Assembly: GCA_964016885.1 (NCBI GenBank)
Contig: OZ024745.1
Coordinates: 73,780,001 to 73,844,000 of the forward strand
Direction of reading: 5' to 3'
DNA length: 64,000 nucleotides
Source of the DNA: Eledone cirrhosa
Taxonomy: Eukaryota
Both the position numbers and the translations under genes were made by a program. How positions within the stretch are numbered: position 1 is the first letter of the stretch; each line of letters begins with the position of its first letter. The notes beneath the pieces were generated by a model. The model saw only the letters and a list, made by a program, of their open reading frames with translations, was not told the DNA's origin and searched no databases. Of the stretch, positions 50,601 to 63,286 are shown one piece after another.

Positions 50601-51028
50601 TCAGACGGACCTGCCCGAGATGCGCGCAGAGCGACGAAACCGTTCTGCACGTACTCGTCCAGTGTCCGTGCATTACTAACTTGTGGAGTTATGTTGATCA
50701 GCTGTTGTCGCGTGTAGAACGGATCCGGCTATCGGCCCAGTCCATAGTGAAGATCGACCCGCCACCTTCTTTTGGCCAGGAAGGGCAGGCAATTTTCCTC
50801 TGTGTGGTGGCAGTAGCGAAAGAGGTTGTATGGTGGACGAGGTTGAAAGGACTGAAAACAGACACTTTTCTCTTCGGCCAATCCCTCATCAACTTTTTTA
50901 AGTTTCACTTGGAAAGGAAGGTGAGGGTGGGGAGAGAAGTGCTGTCCCCCAGTACATTTACTGAAAGGTGGGTGAATGTGGCGAGAATGGCCCGTGTGAG
51001 TGGGCCTACTCTGGTCATGCGGCTATAG
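47606..51028 (+). pseudogene. Disrupted C-type ORF2 (APE-RT-zf)
   Basis: MAVLRVGCLNVRGLG..YADD..CPRCAQSDETVLH. There is a frameshift near 48010 and stops at ~48471 and ~50444. Confidence 0.92.
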
Positions 51029-51530
51029 GTAGGTAAATTTGAAGAAGAGAGGGGTCCCTTCCAGGGTGCTCTCAAAGCGTCAGGTCGTTCAGGACTGGTG
51101 GGGTACCTGAGCGAACCCTAGGTGGTCATCCCCACTATTGGGCAATTTTTTCTTGTAATTTTCTTGTCACTTTATTGTTACTTTGTTATTGTTATTCATA
51201 TTGTTTACTCGATTTTTATGTAAAACCCCACTGTCCCAGTCTATTGTATTGTCCCCTATATGTCGGCCCTTGTGGCCAATAAATGAAATCATTATTATTA
51301 TTATTATTATTATTATTGAATGCTATGGTTGACGGAGGCTCGGCTCTGTAAGGTATTGTAAATTTTGAACGCTTTAACAATTGTAAATTGTTTAAAACTT
51401 AGACCAACTTGTAGACAAAAACACCCTCCTCCTCGTGACAGGGGTCTTTCTGCCCGTTATTTGGCCCTTCGGGGTTAAATAATTGCTTATTGGGGGTTTG
51501 TACCCAATATTTATTTTAAACAAAAAAAAC

Positions 51531-53639
51531 ATGGCTACGAAAAAGAATTTGCATAGGTCACTCCCACTCATTCCGTCTTCTTCTTCCTCAATCGTCACTA
51601 CAGCAGAGAGAAGATTGTCTCTCTCCCTCCCTTCTTTAAATGTGTCTCTCTCCCTCCCTACTCTTTCGCAAGTGACGAAAGAAAAGAAAAGTCTCGTGCA
51701 AAGCATGCAAGGTTTCTCCACGACGACGACGACAGCGACGAAACAGGTGTGCGGGAAATACGAAAACCCAGTTCATTCGTCTGACGTCAGGAATAATAGC
51801 AGTAGCAGCCGTAATAACAACAGCAACAGTGACAATGAAAACAACAGTAGCAGCCGCAACAGCATCACCAGCAGCATAAACAACAACAGCATTAGCAGCA
51901 GCAACACCAACAACAACCACAGCAACAGCGGCGAAGGCAGTAGTCGTAGTACCTGCAGCAACAACAAAAGTAACAGCAGCTCTGACGACAACAACAACAA
52001 CAGCAGCAAAGAAAAACCAATCTCATTTGCAGGTATTGCGAAAAACTTGGAAACAATCCTCATAACAAATGAGGAATTAGAGGAAGCGAAGAAGATGGTG
52101 ACAAAGAATGGACACCGAGCAATCTGCAAGGCAGCGGAAAATTTTTTCGAAACCCAACAGTACTGTACGGTCACGCACCGTACAGTAAGTACAAAATCCC
52201 GTAGGGTGGAAAGAGCCACAGAGGCCCAAATACAAAAAGCCTTGGGGTCTGTGTGGCAGCGGAAAACGCACATCACCCGAGGCAAAAAATATGCCACCGT
52301 AGACGTACTTTTTGCCACACTCCAGGAGGCAAAGGCCCAATCCGTAGTGACCCTAAAGAGCGAGGAAATGGTGTTGGTGCCCTCCTACTGCGGGCAAAAA
52401 ATTGTGAGGGTCAAACTGACCCACGTCCCCCCCCCCGGAATGGCCCCTTCTTGGCTGGCCGCGTCTGTCCTCGTCGGAATCGAGGACAAAACAACTGTAC
52501 TGCAAGTATAGAAAAAAGTAAGAGAAGATTGGGTCGGCACCTCCATTGAGATGCTAATCCAAACCAACCAGGAGTGCATCGAAGCTATCCCGGATGTGAT
52601 AGACTTCGATAACGGCACTCAACTGCCCATAAGTGTTGAGGGCAAACGCCCGAAATGCTTTCGCTGTGGATCGAAGACTCACCTCAGTGCCTTCTGCAAC
52701 GAGAAGACCCTGAGAAAGGAGAAAAACCCCCTCCTTCCGAATCCGGCTCCACGGCTACCAGCAACAGGACAAGCGGCAACCAGGAACGATAGGTCCGTGG
52801 CACCCATACTCACGCCACGGAAATCAAAATCAGCAGCAGCAGTGGAAATATTAACAACAACAACAGCAATACCAAATGCAGCTGCAACAGAGACTCCAGT
52901 GCAAACATCACTAACAACAAGAAGTGAAAGAGTGGAGCTGGTACCCCTCCCCGACCTCACAGAATCAGACATGGAGTGTGAGGTGGGAGAGGGATGGCAA
53001 AAGGTCGTAAGAAGACACAAACGCTGAAGCAGCGCATCGTCGCCTTTGAAAAGGGAGGAAAGAAATGAGAAAAGGGTAAAGTCTATTGCAAAGAGACCCA
53101 CAGCAGCAACACCACCAACACCATCACCACCCACACTAGCACCACCATCACCACCGGCGACAACCCCACCGCCAACAACACCTTCAACACCACCACCACC
53201 ACAAGCACCAACATCGCAAACACAACAACAAAACACACACACCCAGCAACAACGACAAGAAAATAGCAGAACCACACCCCACCCCCAGAAAAACAAATGC
53301 ACGGCAATAAATACACACAACAAGAAACTAATGACTTACATAATTGAACACACAGACATTTCACAACAGGACTACATAATACCAGCACCAATCAAAACGC
53401 CAACTAACATAAGACTGCTAAAAATAGCACAGAAACAATACACAAACATTAAAACGAAATTCCCCAACGCAGTTGGTGATTTCAGGGACCTAGGAGGAAC
53501 CATCAATCGAAGAGTATACTCAGACATTCTCTTAGAAGAGCCGACGACCAGCCGAAGGGACGATTCAACGGTCCCTTCACCAGACGATCAAGTGAAAAGG
53601 GATGTAAAAACCATCCCTCCTCTACCAAAAGTACGGTAA
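51531..53639 (+). pseudogene. ORF1 with two nonsense mutations
   Basis: Stops at 52509-52511 (CAG>TAG) and 53025-53027 (AGA>TGA) relative to copy 1. Confidence 0.9.
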
Positions 53640-53674
53640 GTGGTCTTTCCCATCTTTTCCACTCTATTTTAAAC

Positions 53675-56600
53675 ATGACCTCACTCAGAATAGGCAGCAT
53701 AAATGCGCGTGGCTTGGGGTCGTCATGGAAGCAGGGTCACCTGCTCAACGACCTCAGGTCACTAAACATAGATGTAGTGGCCATCAGCGAGACCAGAATC
53801 TCCGAAGCACGGGCCTTCGCACCGATCTTCGGCGGCTACGATGTGTACGCATCTCCCAGCCGTTCTGGATCCGGTGGAGGAGTTGCTGTGCTTTTTCAGA
53901 GAGGTTTGGATCTCGCCATACGGGCCATCTTCCTGGACCCAGAGGGTAAGCTGGTGGTGCTGGACGTGACCAGCGGAGACGGGCAAGCTTTCAGGCTAGT
54001 GGCCGTCTATGCCCCGACAGGAGCAGGGCGGCCTGATTTCTTCCGGCGTCTGGAGACCTTTCTTGGAACGTCCCGCTCTTTAGTGTTAGTGGGCGACTGG
54101 AACGGGATCTTAGATGCACGCTGGGACTGTGTGGGATTAGCGGATAGGGGTGGAGGGTGCAAGAGCCTCACCAACCTGCTCAGGCGTTTTGAACTGTCTG
54201 ACAGGTACCGATTGGATTTCCCGAATGTGCCAATGTGGACTTGGACAAACCGCATAGGGTCATCCAGATCATATCTAGATAGAGTATTTTGTAGGGAAAT
54301 AGATAGGTCTAGCATAGGCTGTCCACAATTCAAGATAGTCAGCTACACGGACCACAAATTCGTGATCTGTGTGCTTGACTTAGATAGGCTTCATAGACGA
54401 GGACCCGGCTACTGGAAGCTAAACGCGTCCTTACCAGCGCGCAAGGCCTACAGAGACCGGATTAGCGAACTAGTTAAGCGGGCGTTGACGGGGGCCATCG
54501 TCAACAACAAGTGGTGGTTTGCTCTGAAAAGAGCGATTAGAATAGAATCGATTAGGTTTAGTAAGGCTTTAGCAATAGAGAAAAATAGAGCAGAGGGAGA
54601 ACTAGTTAGAAAATTAGACGAGGCGCTTAGCAAAGGCATTGCGACCGACGTGCTTGCGGCGAAATTGGCCCTTGACCAATTCTTCAATGCAAAGCACGAA
54701 GGCTGCGTTGTCAGAGCAAGGGTGCGTGCTCTCAGACACGAGGGGACGAAAGCCGTTCAATGGGCCCGAGTGGCGGAGGCGCGTCGTGGCAACAAAGCCA
54801 CGATCCGGTCTTTGGTGGACCACGACGGGCGCATGCTACTCGATCCCGGGAAAATGTGTGAAGCTTTTCAGCGACACTTCGCTCAGCTGTTCGGGGGAAG
54901 CGGTGGGCCGAGTAGAGGGATGGACTTTAGTGTCTACCTCGACGGACTGCCGCGGCTCTCGGCCACTGAGGCGAAGTGTTGCGAAAAGCCGATAACAGCC
55001 GCTGAAGTAAGGGAGGCAATGACTGGCTGCACAAGGGGTAAATCGCCTGGTTTGGATGGTCTGCCCTATGAACTTTACGTACAGATGCCAGACTTGTTCG
55101 GAGGCCTCTTGGCGGACGTCTACTGCAACTGGCAACAGAACGGGAGAATTCCCAGTTCTGTGAGCCGAGGAGCGGTGGCACTGCTGAGAAAGGATCCGAA
55201 CAAGGGGGATAACATAGAAAATTTCCGGCCCATAACTCTGCTAAACACAGAGTTTAAGATTTTGGCCAAGGTGCTAGCAAAGAGGTTGGCGCTTGTCGTT
55301 GGTGGTCTGGTGGGAGAGGCGCAGACATGCGCCATTCCCGACAGATCCATCCACGACAACCTCCACCTCATGCGATACATCGTAGAGAGGGTAGCTAGGG
55401 AACCTGGCACGGGTGGGTCCTTGATCAATTTAGATCAGTCGAAAGCTTTCGATAGGGTCGACCATCGTTACCTAGCGGCAGTCCTGAGGGCGGCTGGCTT
55501 TGGGCCCGTCTTCAGAGGCTGGATCGCTGCCATGCACAGCGACATCTGCTCTGTGGTGAGAGTGAGCGGTCACCTGTCGGAACCGTTCAACATCATGCGC
55601 TCGGTCCGCCAAGGATGTCCCCTCTCGTCCCTCCTGTACGTATTGACTCTCGAGCCATTACTGCACAAACTGGAGACGTTGAGGGGGATCCCGCGCGAAC
55701 TAGGATGCGGAAGATCCGTGTCAGCATATGCGGACGATGTCACCGTAGTGGTGTCGAACGCCAAACACATCGAGGCGATCGGCACTACACGGACCTCCAG
55801 ACGGACAAAAACTGGGACGAGGTGACGAGCAGGGTGGCTTCTCTCACCCAGAAATGGGCGGAGAGGAAGCTATCCCTGAAAGGTCGAGCGGAGGTGGCTA
55901 ACGCGTACATCGCGTCTGTCATCTGCTACCGCCTGACCGTCGTACCTTGTCCTAAGCCTCGCCTGACTGCGCTGGAGCGTTTGCTCTTTCGCTTTTTGTG
56001 GAAGGGACGTGCTCCGATGGTCAGGCGGTCCATCTGTTGTCAACACCCGCTACGTGGAGGGCTGGGCATGCCGTGGCTGATGATGCGCAGGCACGCGCTC
56101 AGGCTACGACATCTCCACCTCTTCCTCGACGGTGATCAGGTGTGGTCGCCGTTTGCTAGACGCGTTTTTCCCCAGCTCGTTTCCTTGACGGAGCTGCAGT
56201 CCTGGGTCAAGCGAAGACCGAGAGGGAGCGCCTGGAGACTGGAATGTCTTCAGGCGCTCACAGCCCTCGACCAATCGGGCAATGTGATCGGTGGAAACTC
56301 CACCTCGGCGTTCTATAGAGGATTAGTGGAGGGGAAGAGCGATGACGTACTTGGGGAAACTCTAGGCGTCGACGAAAATCAACTAGCCAATCTCTTCGGA
56401 AAAACTTTCGGGCCGGGGCCTATGGACAAATTCCAGAAATCTCTGGCCTGGCAGTGCTACCGAGGAGCCTTGCCAGTTCGGGATTAACTCTACAGGCATG
56501 GAGGTGCCGTCAGCCGGGCATGTCCGAGATGCGCGCAGGGCGACGAAACCGTCCTGCACGCACTCGTCCAGTGTCCGAAAATTGCTGACTTGTGGGTTTA

Positions 56601-56937
56601 TGTCGAACACCTGCTGTCGCGTTTAGGACGGATCCGGCTATCATCTGAGTCCATCGTGAGGATTGCCCCGCCCTCCTCCTTTAGCCGGGAAGGGCAGGCA
56701 GTTTTTATCTGTCTGGTGGCCATGGCGAAAGAGATAGTATGGTGGACACGTTTGAAAGGGCTGAAGACGAGCACTTACCTCTTCGGTGATGCTCTGATTG
56801 ACTTTTTCAAATTTCATTTGAAAAGGAAAATCAGAGTAGAGAGGGAAGTGCTCTCTTCCCAGCATTTTGTTGAAAGATGGGTGAGAGAAGCAAGAATGGC
56901 CCGAGTGAATGGGCCTACTCTGAGTATATATCTGTAA
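53675..56937 (+). pseudogene. ORF2 with a 157-bp deletion and a nonsense mutation
   Basis: The junction GGCACTACAC|GGACCTCCAG at 55790/55791 skips copy-1 bases 35013-35169 (3420 vs 3263 bp). There is a stop at 56485-56487. Confidence 0.92.
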
Positions 56938-57439
56938 ATTAAAGGTGGAAAACTGGGAGAGGGCACTTGCCTTGGTGGTCAGGGTCATTGTGGCTTTTTA
57001 CTGGGCTTTCTCCACAAATGTCCCTCCGAAGTCTCCCCCCTATTGGGGAATTTTTCATTGTTATTTTCATTGTTATTTTTGTTACATCCTCTGTTTTTGT
57101 TTTTTACACGCAGAAATGCCCATTTGTACCGTCCTGCATTGTCCTGCACTGTCCTTAATGTCTACTTTATGTAAACCCTTGTGGTTAATAAAGAAATCAT
57201 TATTATTATTATTATTATTATTATTGAATGCCATGGTTGACGGAGGCTCGGCTCTGTAAGGTATAGTAATTTTTAACCGTTAAAACAATTGTAAATTGTT
57301 TAAAACTTGAACCAAATTGTTGATAAAGACACCCTCCTCCTCGTGAGAGGGGTCTTTCTGTCCGTTATTTGGCCCTTCGGGGTTAAATAACCAGTTATTG
57401 GGGTTTTGTACCCAAAATTTCATTTTAAACAAAAAAAAC

Positions 57440-59533
57440 ATGGCTACCAAAAAGAAATTTCATACGTCACTCCCACTCATTCCGTCTTCTTCTTCCTCAA
57501 TCATCACTACAGCAGAGAGAAGATTGTCTCTCTCCCTCCCTTCTTTAAATGTGTCTCTCTCCCTCCCTTCTCTTTCGCAAGCGACGAAAGAAAAGAAAAG
57601 TCTCGTGCAAAGCGTGCAAGGTTTCTCCACGACGACGACGACAGCGACGAAACAGGTGTGCGGGAAATACGAAAACCCAGTTCATTCGTCTGACGTCAGG
57701 AATAATAGCAGTAGCAGCCGTAATAACAACAGCAACAGTGACAATGAAAACAACAGTAGCAGCCGCAACAGCATCACCAGCAGCATAAACAACAACAGCA
57801 TTAGCAGCAGCAACACCAACAACAACCACAGCAACAGCGGCGGAGGCAGTAGTCGTAGTACCTGCAGCAACAAAAGTACCAGCAGCTCTGACGACAACAA
57901 CAACAGCAGAGAAAAACCAATCTCATTTGCAGGTATTGCGAAAAACTTGGAAACAATCCTCATAACAAATGAGGAATTAGAGGAAGCGAAGAAGATGGTG
58001 ACAAAGAACGGACACCGAGCAATCTGCAAGGCAGCGAAAAATTTTTTCGAAACCCAAGAGCACTGTACGGTCACGTACCGTACAGTAAGTACAAAATCCC
58101 GTAGGGTGGAAAGAGCCACAGAGGCCCAAATACAAAAAGCCTTGGGGTCTGTGTGGCAGAGGAAAACGCACATCACCCGAGGCAAAAAATACGCCACCGT
58201 AGACGTACTTTTTGCCACACCCCAGGAGGCAAAGGCCCAATCAGTAGTGACCCTAAGGAGCGAGGAAATGGTGTTGGTGCCCTCCTACTGCGGGCAAAAA
58301 ATTGTGAGGGTCAAACTGACCCACGTCCCCCCCGGAATGACCCCTTCTTGGCTGGCCGCGTCTGTCCTCGTCGGAATCGAGGACAAAACAACTGTACTGC
58401 AAGTACAGAAAAAAGTAAGAGAAGATTGGTTCGGCTCCTCCATTGAGATGCTAATCCAAACCAACCAGGAGTGCATCGAAGCTATCCCGGATGTGATAGA
58501 CTTCGATAACGGCACTCAACTGCCCATAAGTGTTGAGGGCAAACGCCCGAAATGCTTTCGCTGTGGATCGAAGACTCACCTCAGGGCCTTCTGCAACGAG
58601 AAGACCCTGAGAAAGGAGAAAACCCCCCTCCTTCCGAATCCGGCTCCACGGCTACCAGCAACAGGACAAGCGGCAACCAGGAACGATAGGTCCGTGGCAC
58701 CCATACCCACTCCACGGAAATCAAAGACAGCAGCAGCAGTGGAAATATTAACAACAACAACAGCAATACCAAATGCAGCTGCAACAGAGACTCCAGTGCA
58801 AACATCACCAACAACAACAAGTGAAAGAGTGGAGCTGGTACCCCTCCCCGACCTCACAGAATCAGACATGGAGTGTGAGGTGGGAGAGGGATTGCAAAAG
58901 GCCGCAAGAAGGCACAAACGCAGACGCAGCGCATCGTCGCCTTTGAAAAGGGAGGAAAGAAATGAGAAAAGGGTAAAGTCTACTGCAAAGAGACCCACAG
59001 CAGCAACAACACCAACACCATCACCACCCACACTAGCGCCACCATCACCACCGGCGACAACCCCACCGCCAACAACACCTTCAACACCACCACCACAAGC
59101 ACCAACATCGCAAACACAACAACAAAACACACACACCCAGCAACAACGACAAGAAAATAGCAGAACCACACCCCACCCCCAGAAAAACAAATGCACGGCA
59201 ATAAATACACACAACAAGAAACTAATGACTTACATAATTGAACACACAGACATTTCACAACAGGACTACATAATACCAGCACCAATCAAAACGCCAACTA
59301 ACATAAGACTGCTAAAAATAGCACAGAAACAATACACAAATATTAAAACGAAATTCCCCAACGCAGTTGGTGATTTCAGGGACCTAGGAGGAACCATCAA
59401 TCGAAGAGTATACTCAGACATTCTCTTAGAAGAGCCGACGACCAGCCGAAGGGACGATTCAACGGTCCCTTCACCAGACGATCAAGTGAAAAGGGATGTA
59501 AAAACCATCCCTCCTCTACGAAAAGTACGGTAA
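57440..59533 (+). CDS. ORF1 protein (697 aa from MATKKK)
   Basis: Uninterrupted homolog of 30765-32861. Confidence 0.9.
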   Translation: MATKKKFHTSLPLIPSSSSSIITTAERRLSLSLPSLNVSLSLPSLSQATKEKKSLVQSVQGFSTTTTTATKQVCGKYENPVHSSDVRNNSSSSRNNNSNSDNENNSSSRNSITSSINNNSISSSNTNNNHSNSGGGSSRSTCSNKSTSSSDDNNNSREKPISFAGIAKNLETILITNEELEEAKKMVTKNGHRAICKAAKNFFETQEHCTVTYRTVSTKSRRVERATEAQIQKALGSVWQRKTHITRGKKYATVDVLFATPQEAKAQSVVTLRSEEMVLVPSYCGQKIVRVKLTHVPPGMTPSWLAASVLVGIEDKTTVLQVQKKVREDWFGSSIEMLIQTNQECIEAIPDVIDFDNGTQLPISVEGKRPKCFRCGSKTHLRAFCNEKTLRKEKTPLLPNPAPRLPATGQAATRNDRSVAPIPTPRKSKTAAAVEILTTTTAIPNAAATETPVQTSPTTTSERVELVPLPDLTESDMECEVGEGLQKAARRHKRRRSASSPLKREERNEKRVKSTAKRPTAATTPTPSPPTLAPPSPPATTPPPTTPSTPPPQAPTSQTQQQNTHTQQQRQENSRTTPHPQKNKCTAINTHNKKLMTYIIEHTDISQQDYIIPAPIKTPTNIRLLKIAQKQYTNIKTKFPNAVGDFRDLGGTINRRVYSDILLEEPTTSRRDDSTVPSPDDQVKRDVKTIPPLRKVR

Positions 59534-59568
59534 GTGGTCTTTCCCATCTTTTCCACTCTATTTTAAAC

Positions 59569-62500
59569 ATGACCTCACTCAGAATAGGCAGCATAAATGC
59601 GCGTGGCTTGGGGTCGTCATGGAAGCAGGGTCACCTGCTCAACGACCTCAGGTCACTAAACATAGATGTAGTGGCCATCAGCGAGACCAGAATCTCCGAA
59701 GCACGGGCCTTCGCACCGATCTTCGGCGGCTTCGATGTGTACGCATCTCCCAGCCGTCCTGGATCCGGTGGAGGAGTTGCTGTGCTTTTTCGGAGAGGTT
59801 TGGATCTCGCCATACGGGCCATTTTCCTGGACCCAGAGGGTAAGCTGGTGGTGCTGGACGTGACCAGCGGAGACGGGCAAGCTTTCAGGCTAGTGGCCGT
59901 CTATGCCCCGACAGGAGCAGGGCGGCCTGATTTCTTCCGGCGTCTGGAGACCTTTCTTGGAACGTCCCGCTCTTTAGTGTTAGTGGGCGACTGGAACGGG
60001 ATCTTAGATGCACGCTGGGACTGTGTGGGATTAGCGGATAGGGGTGGAGGGTGCAAGAGCCTCACCAACCTGCTCAGGCGTTTTGAACTGTCTGACAGGT
60101 ACCGATTGGATTTCCCGAATGTGCCAATGTGGACTTGGACAAACCGCATAGGGTCATCCAGATCATATCTAGATAGAGTATTTTGTAGGGAAATAGATAG
60201 GTCTAGCATAGGCTGTCCACAATTCAAGATAGTCAGCTACACGGACCACAAATTCGTGATCTGTGTGCTTGACTTAGATAGGCTTCATAGACGAGGACCC
60301 GGCTACTGGAAGCTAAACGCGTCCTTACCAGCGCGCAAGGCCTACAGAGACCGGATTAGCGAACTAGTTAAGCGGGCGTTGACGGGGGCCATCGTCAACA
60401 ACAAGTGGTGGTTTGCTCTGAAAAGAGCGATTAGAATAGAATCGATTAGGTTTAGTAAGGCTTTAGCAATAGAGAAAAATAGAGCAGAGGGAGAACTAGT
60501 TAGAAAATTAGACGAGGCGCTTAGCAAAGGCATTGCGACCGACGTGCTTGCGGCGAAATTGGCCCTTGACCAATTCTTCAATGCAAAGCACGAAGGCTGC
60601 GTTGTCAGAGCAAGGGTGCGTGCTCTCAGACACGAGGGGACGAAAGCCGTTCAATGGGCCCGAGTGGCGGAGGCGCGTCGTGGCAACAAAGCCACGATCC
60701 GGTCTTTGGTGGACCACGACGGGCGCATGCTACTCGATCCCGGGCAAATGTGTGAAGCTTTTCAGCGACACTTCGCTCAGCTGTTCGGGGGCAGCGGTGG
60801 GCCGGGTAGAGGGATGGACTTTAGTGTCTACCTCGACGGACTGCCGCGGCTCTCGGCCACTGAGGCGAAGTGTTGCGAAAAGCCGATAACAGCCGCTGAA
60901 GTAAGGGAGGCAATGACTGGCTGCACAAGGGGTAAATCGCCTGGTTTGGATGGTCTGCCCTATGAACTTTACGTACAGATGCCAGACTTGTTCGGAGGCC
61001 TCTTGGCGGACGTCTACTGCAACTGGCAACAGAACGGGAGAATTCCCAGTTCTGTGAGCCGAGGAGCGGTGGCACTGCTGAGAAAGGATCCGAACAAGGG
61101 GGATAACATAGAAAATTTCCGGCCCATAACTCTGCTAAACACAGAGTTTAAGATTTTGGCCAAGGTGCTAGCAAAGAGGTTGGCGCTTGTCGTTGGTGGT
61201 CTGGTGGGAGAGGCGCAGACATGCGCCATTCCCGACAGATCCATCCACGACAACCTCCACCTCATGCGATACATCGTAGAGAGGGTAGCTAGGGAACCTG
61301 GCACGGGTGGGTCCTTGATCAATTTAGATCAGTCGAAAGCTTTCGATAGGGTCGACCATCGTTACCTAGCGGCAGTCCTGAGGGCGGCTGGCTTTGGGCC
61401 CGTCTTCAGAGGCTGGATCGCTGCCATGCACAGCGACATCTGCTCTGTGGTGAGAGTGAACGGTTACCTGTCGGAACCGTTCAACATCATGCGCTCGGTC
61501 CGCCAAGGATGTCCCCTCTCGTCCCTCTTGTACGTATTGACTCTCGAGCCATTACTGCACAAACTGGAGACGTTGAGGGGAGTCCCGCGCGAACTAGGAT
61601 GCGGAAGATCCGTGTCAGCATATGCGGACGATGTCACCGTAGTGGTGTCGAACGCCAAACACATCGAGGCGATCGGCACTACACTAAGAGAATACGAAGC
61701 GGTGACAGGAGCAATGATCAACCAGGAAAAGTCAGTGGGCCTGCAGCTCGGCACCTGGAGAGGCAGGTCCATGCCGTCCAACAGCGTCGTCGGGCGCTGG
61801 ACGGACGGACCGGTTAAATTGCTAAGGGTCTGGTTCGGTCCGGACCTCCAGACGGACAAAAACTGGGACGAGGTGACGAGCAGGGTGGCTTCTCTCACCC
61901 AGAAATGGGCGGAGAGGAAGCTATCCCTGAAAGGTCGAGCGGAGGTGGCTAACGCGTACATCGCGTCTGTCATCTGCTACCGCCTAACCGTCGTACCTTG
62001 TCCTAAGCCTCGCCTGACTGCGCTGGAGCGTTTGCTCTTTCGCTTTTTGTGGAAGGGACGTGCTCCGATGGTCAGGCGGTCCATCTGTTGTCAACACCCG
62101 CTACGTGGAGGGCTGGGCATGCCGTGGCTGATGATGCGCAGGCACGCGCTCAGGCTACGACATCTCCACCTCTTCCTCGACGGTGATCAGGTGTGGTCGC
62201 CGTTTGCTAGACGCGTTTTTCCCCAGCTCGTTTCCTTGACGGAGCTGCAGTCCTGGGTCAAGCGAAGACCGAGAGGGAGCGCCTGGAGACTGGAATGTCT
62301 TCAGGCGCTCACAGCCCTCGACCAATCGGGCAATGTGATCGGTGGAAACTCCACCTCGGCGTTCTATAGAGGATTAGTGGAGGGGAAGAGCGACGACGTA
62401 CTTGGGGAAACTCTAGGCGTCGACGAAAATCAACTAGCCAATCTCTTCGGAAGAACTTTCGGGCCAGGGCCTATGGACAACTTCCAGAAATCTCTGGCCT

Positions 62501-62988
62501 GGCAGTGCTACCGAGGAGCCTTGCCAGTTCGGGATAAACTCTACAGGCATGGAGGTGCCGTCAGCCGGGCATGTCCGAGATGCGCGCAGGGCGACGAAAC
62601 CGTCCTGCACGCACTCGTCCAGTGTTCGAAAATTGCTGACTTGTGGGTTTATGTCGAACACCTGCTGTCGCGTTTAGGACGGATCCAGCTATCATCTGAG
62701 TCTATCGTGAGGATTGCCCCGCCCTCCTCCTTTAGCCGGGAAGGGCAGGCAGTTTTTATCTGTCTGGTGGCCATGGCGAAAGAGATAGTATGGTGGACAC
62801 GTTTGAAAGGGCTGAAGACGAGCACTTACCTCTTCGGTGATGCTCTGATTGACTTTTTCAAATTTCATTTGAAAAGGAAAATCAGAGTAGAGAGGGAAGT
62901 GCTCTCTTCCCAGCATTTTGTTGAAAGATGGGTGAGAGAAGCAAGAATGGCCCGAGTGAATGGGCCGACTCTGAGTATATATCTGTAA
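59569..62988 (+). CDS. ORF2 APE-RT-zf (1139 aa)
   Basis: Uninterrupted; about 9 amino-acid differences from copy 1, counted by eye. Confidence 0.97.
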   Translation: MTSLRIGSINARGLGSSWKQGHLLNDLRSLNIDVVAISETRISEARAFAPIFGGFDVYASPSRPGSGGGVAVLFRRGLDLAIRAIFLDPEGKLVVLDVTSGDGQAFRLVAVYAPTGAGRPDFFRRLETFLGTSRSLVLVGDWNGILDARWDCVGLADRGGGCKSLTNLLRRFELSDRYRLDFPNVPMWTWTNRIGSSRSYLDRVFCREIDRSSIGCPQFKIVSYTDHKFVICVLDLDRLHRRGPGYWKLNASLPARKAYRDRISELVKRALTGAIVNNKWWFALKRAIRIESIRFSKALAIEKNRAEGELVRKLDEALSKGIATDVLAAKLALDQFFNAKHEGCVVRARVRALRHEGTKAVQWARVAEARRGNKATIRSLVDHDGRMLLDPGQMCEAFQRHFAQLFGGSGGPGRGMDFSVYLDGLPRLSATEAKCCEKPITAAEVREAMTGCTRGKSPGLDGLPYELYVQMPDLFGGLLADVYCNWQQNGRIPSSVSRGAVALLRKDPNKGDNIENFRPITLLNTEFKILAKVLAKRLALVVGGLVGEAQTCAIPDRSIHDNLHLMRYIVERVAREPGTGGSLINLDQSKAFDRVDHRYLAAVLRAAGFGPVFRGWIAAMHSDICSVVRVNGYLSEPFNIMRSVRQGCPLSSLLYVLTLEPLLHKLETLRGVPRELGCGRSVSAYADDVTVVVSNAKHIEAIGTTLREYEAVTGAMINQEKSVGLQLGTWRGRSMPSNSVVGRWTDGPVKLLRVWFGPDLQTDKNWDEVTSRVASLTQKWAERKLSLKGRAEVANAYIASVICYRLTVVPCPKPRLTALERLLFRFLWKGRAPMVRRSICCQHPLRGGLGMPWLMMRRHALRLRHLHLFLDGDQVWSPFARRVFPQLVSLTELQSWVKRRPRGSAWRLECLQALTALDQSGNVIGGNSTSAFYRGLVEGKSDDVLGETLGVDENQLANLFGRTFGPGPMDNFQKSLAWQCYRGALPVRDKLYRHGGAVSRACPRCAQGDETVLHALVQCSKIADLWVYVEHLLSRLGRIQLSSESIVRIAPPSSFSREGQAVFICLVAMAKEIVWWTRLKGLKTSTYLFGDALIDFFKFHLKRKIRVEREVLSSQHFVERWVREARMARVNGPTLSIYL

Positions 62989-63249
62989 ACTAAAGGTGGA
63001 AAACTGGGAGAGGGCACTTGCCTTGGTGGTCAGGGTCATTGTGGCTTTTTACTGGGCTTTCTCCACAAATGTCCCTCCGAAGTCTCCCCCCTATTGGGGA
63101 ATTTTTCATTGTTATTTTCATTGTTATTTTTGTTACATCCTCTGTTTTTGTTTTTTTTACACGCAGAAATGCCCATTTGTACCGTCCTGCATTGTCCTGC
63201 ACTGTCCTTAATGTCTACTTTATGTAAACCCTTGTGGTTAATAAAGAAA

Positions 63250-63286
<37 letters not shown>

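Larger units (their letters stand above)
45409..51290 (+). mobile_element. Tx1-type copy 3, divergent subfamily C, full-length but disrupted
   Basis: Starts GGTCTAAGCGGACG after (ATT)n, has its own ORF1 and a diverged ORF2, and ends GGCCCTTGTGGCCAATAAATGAAATC followed by (ATT)n. Confidence 0.92.
51318..57198 (+). mobile_element. Tx1-type copy 4, subfamily A variant, full-length but disrupted
   Basis: Same layout as copy 1, with a variant 5'UTR and (ATT)n on both sides. Confidence 0.95.
57226..63251 (+). mobile_element. Tx1-type copy 5, subfamily A, full-length with intact ORFs
   Basis: Near-identical to copy 1, with (ATT)n on both sides. Confidence 0.95.

Noticed and set aside
55785-55796. 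157-bp deletion in copy 4 as a possible splicing product
   Set aside because: The ends of the deleted segment are not GT..AG; it is an ordinary deletion with 1-bp microhomology.
30516-63286. Regular repeat-spacer-repeat layout suggesting a CRISPR-like or telomeric array
   Set aside because: The repeats are simple (ATT)n of variable length and the spacers are whole retrotransposons. There are no cas genes or TTAGGG-type repeats, and ordinary DNA resumes afterwards.
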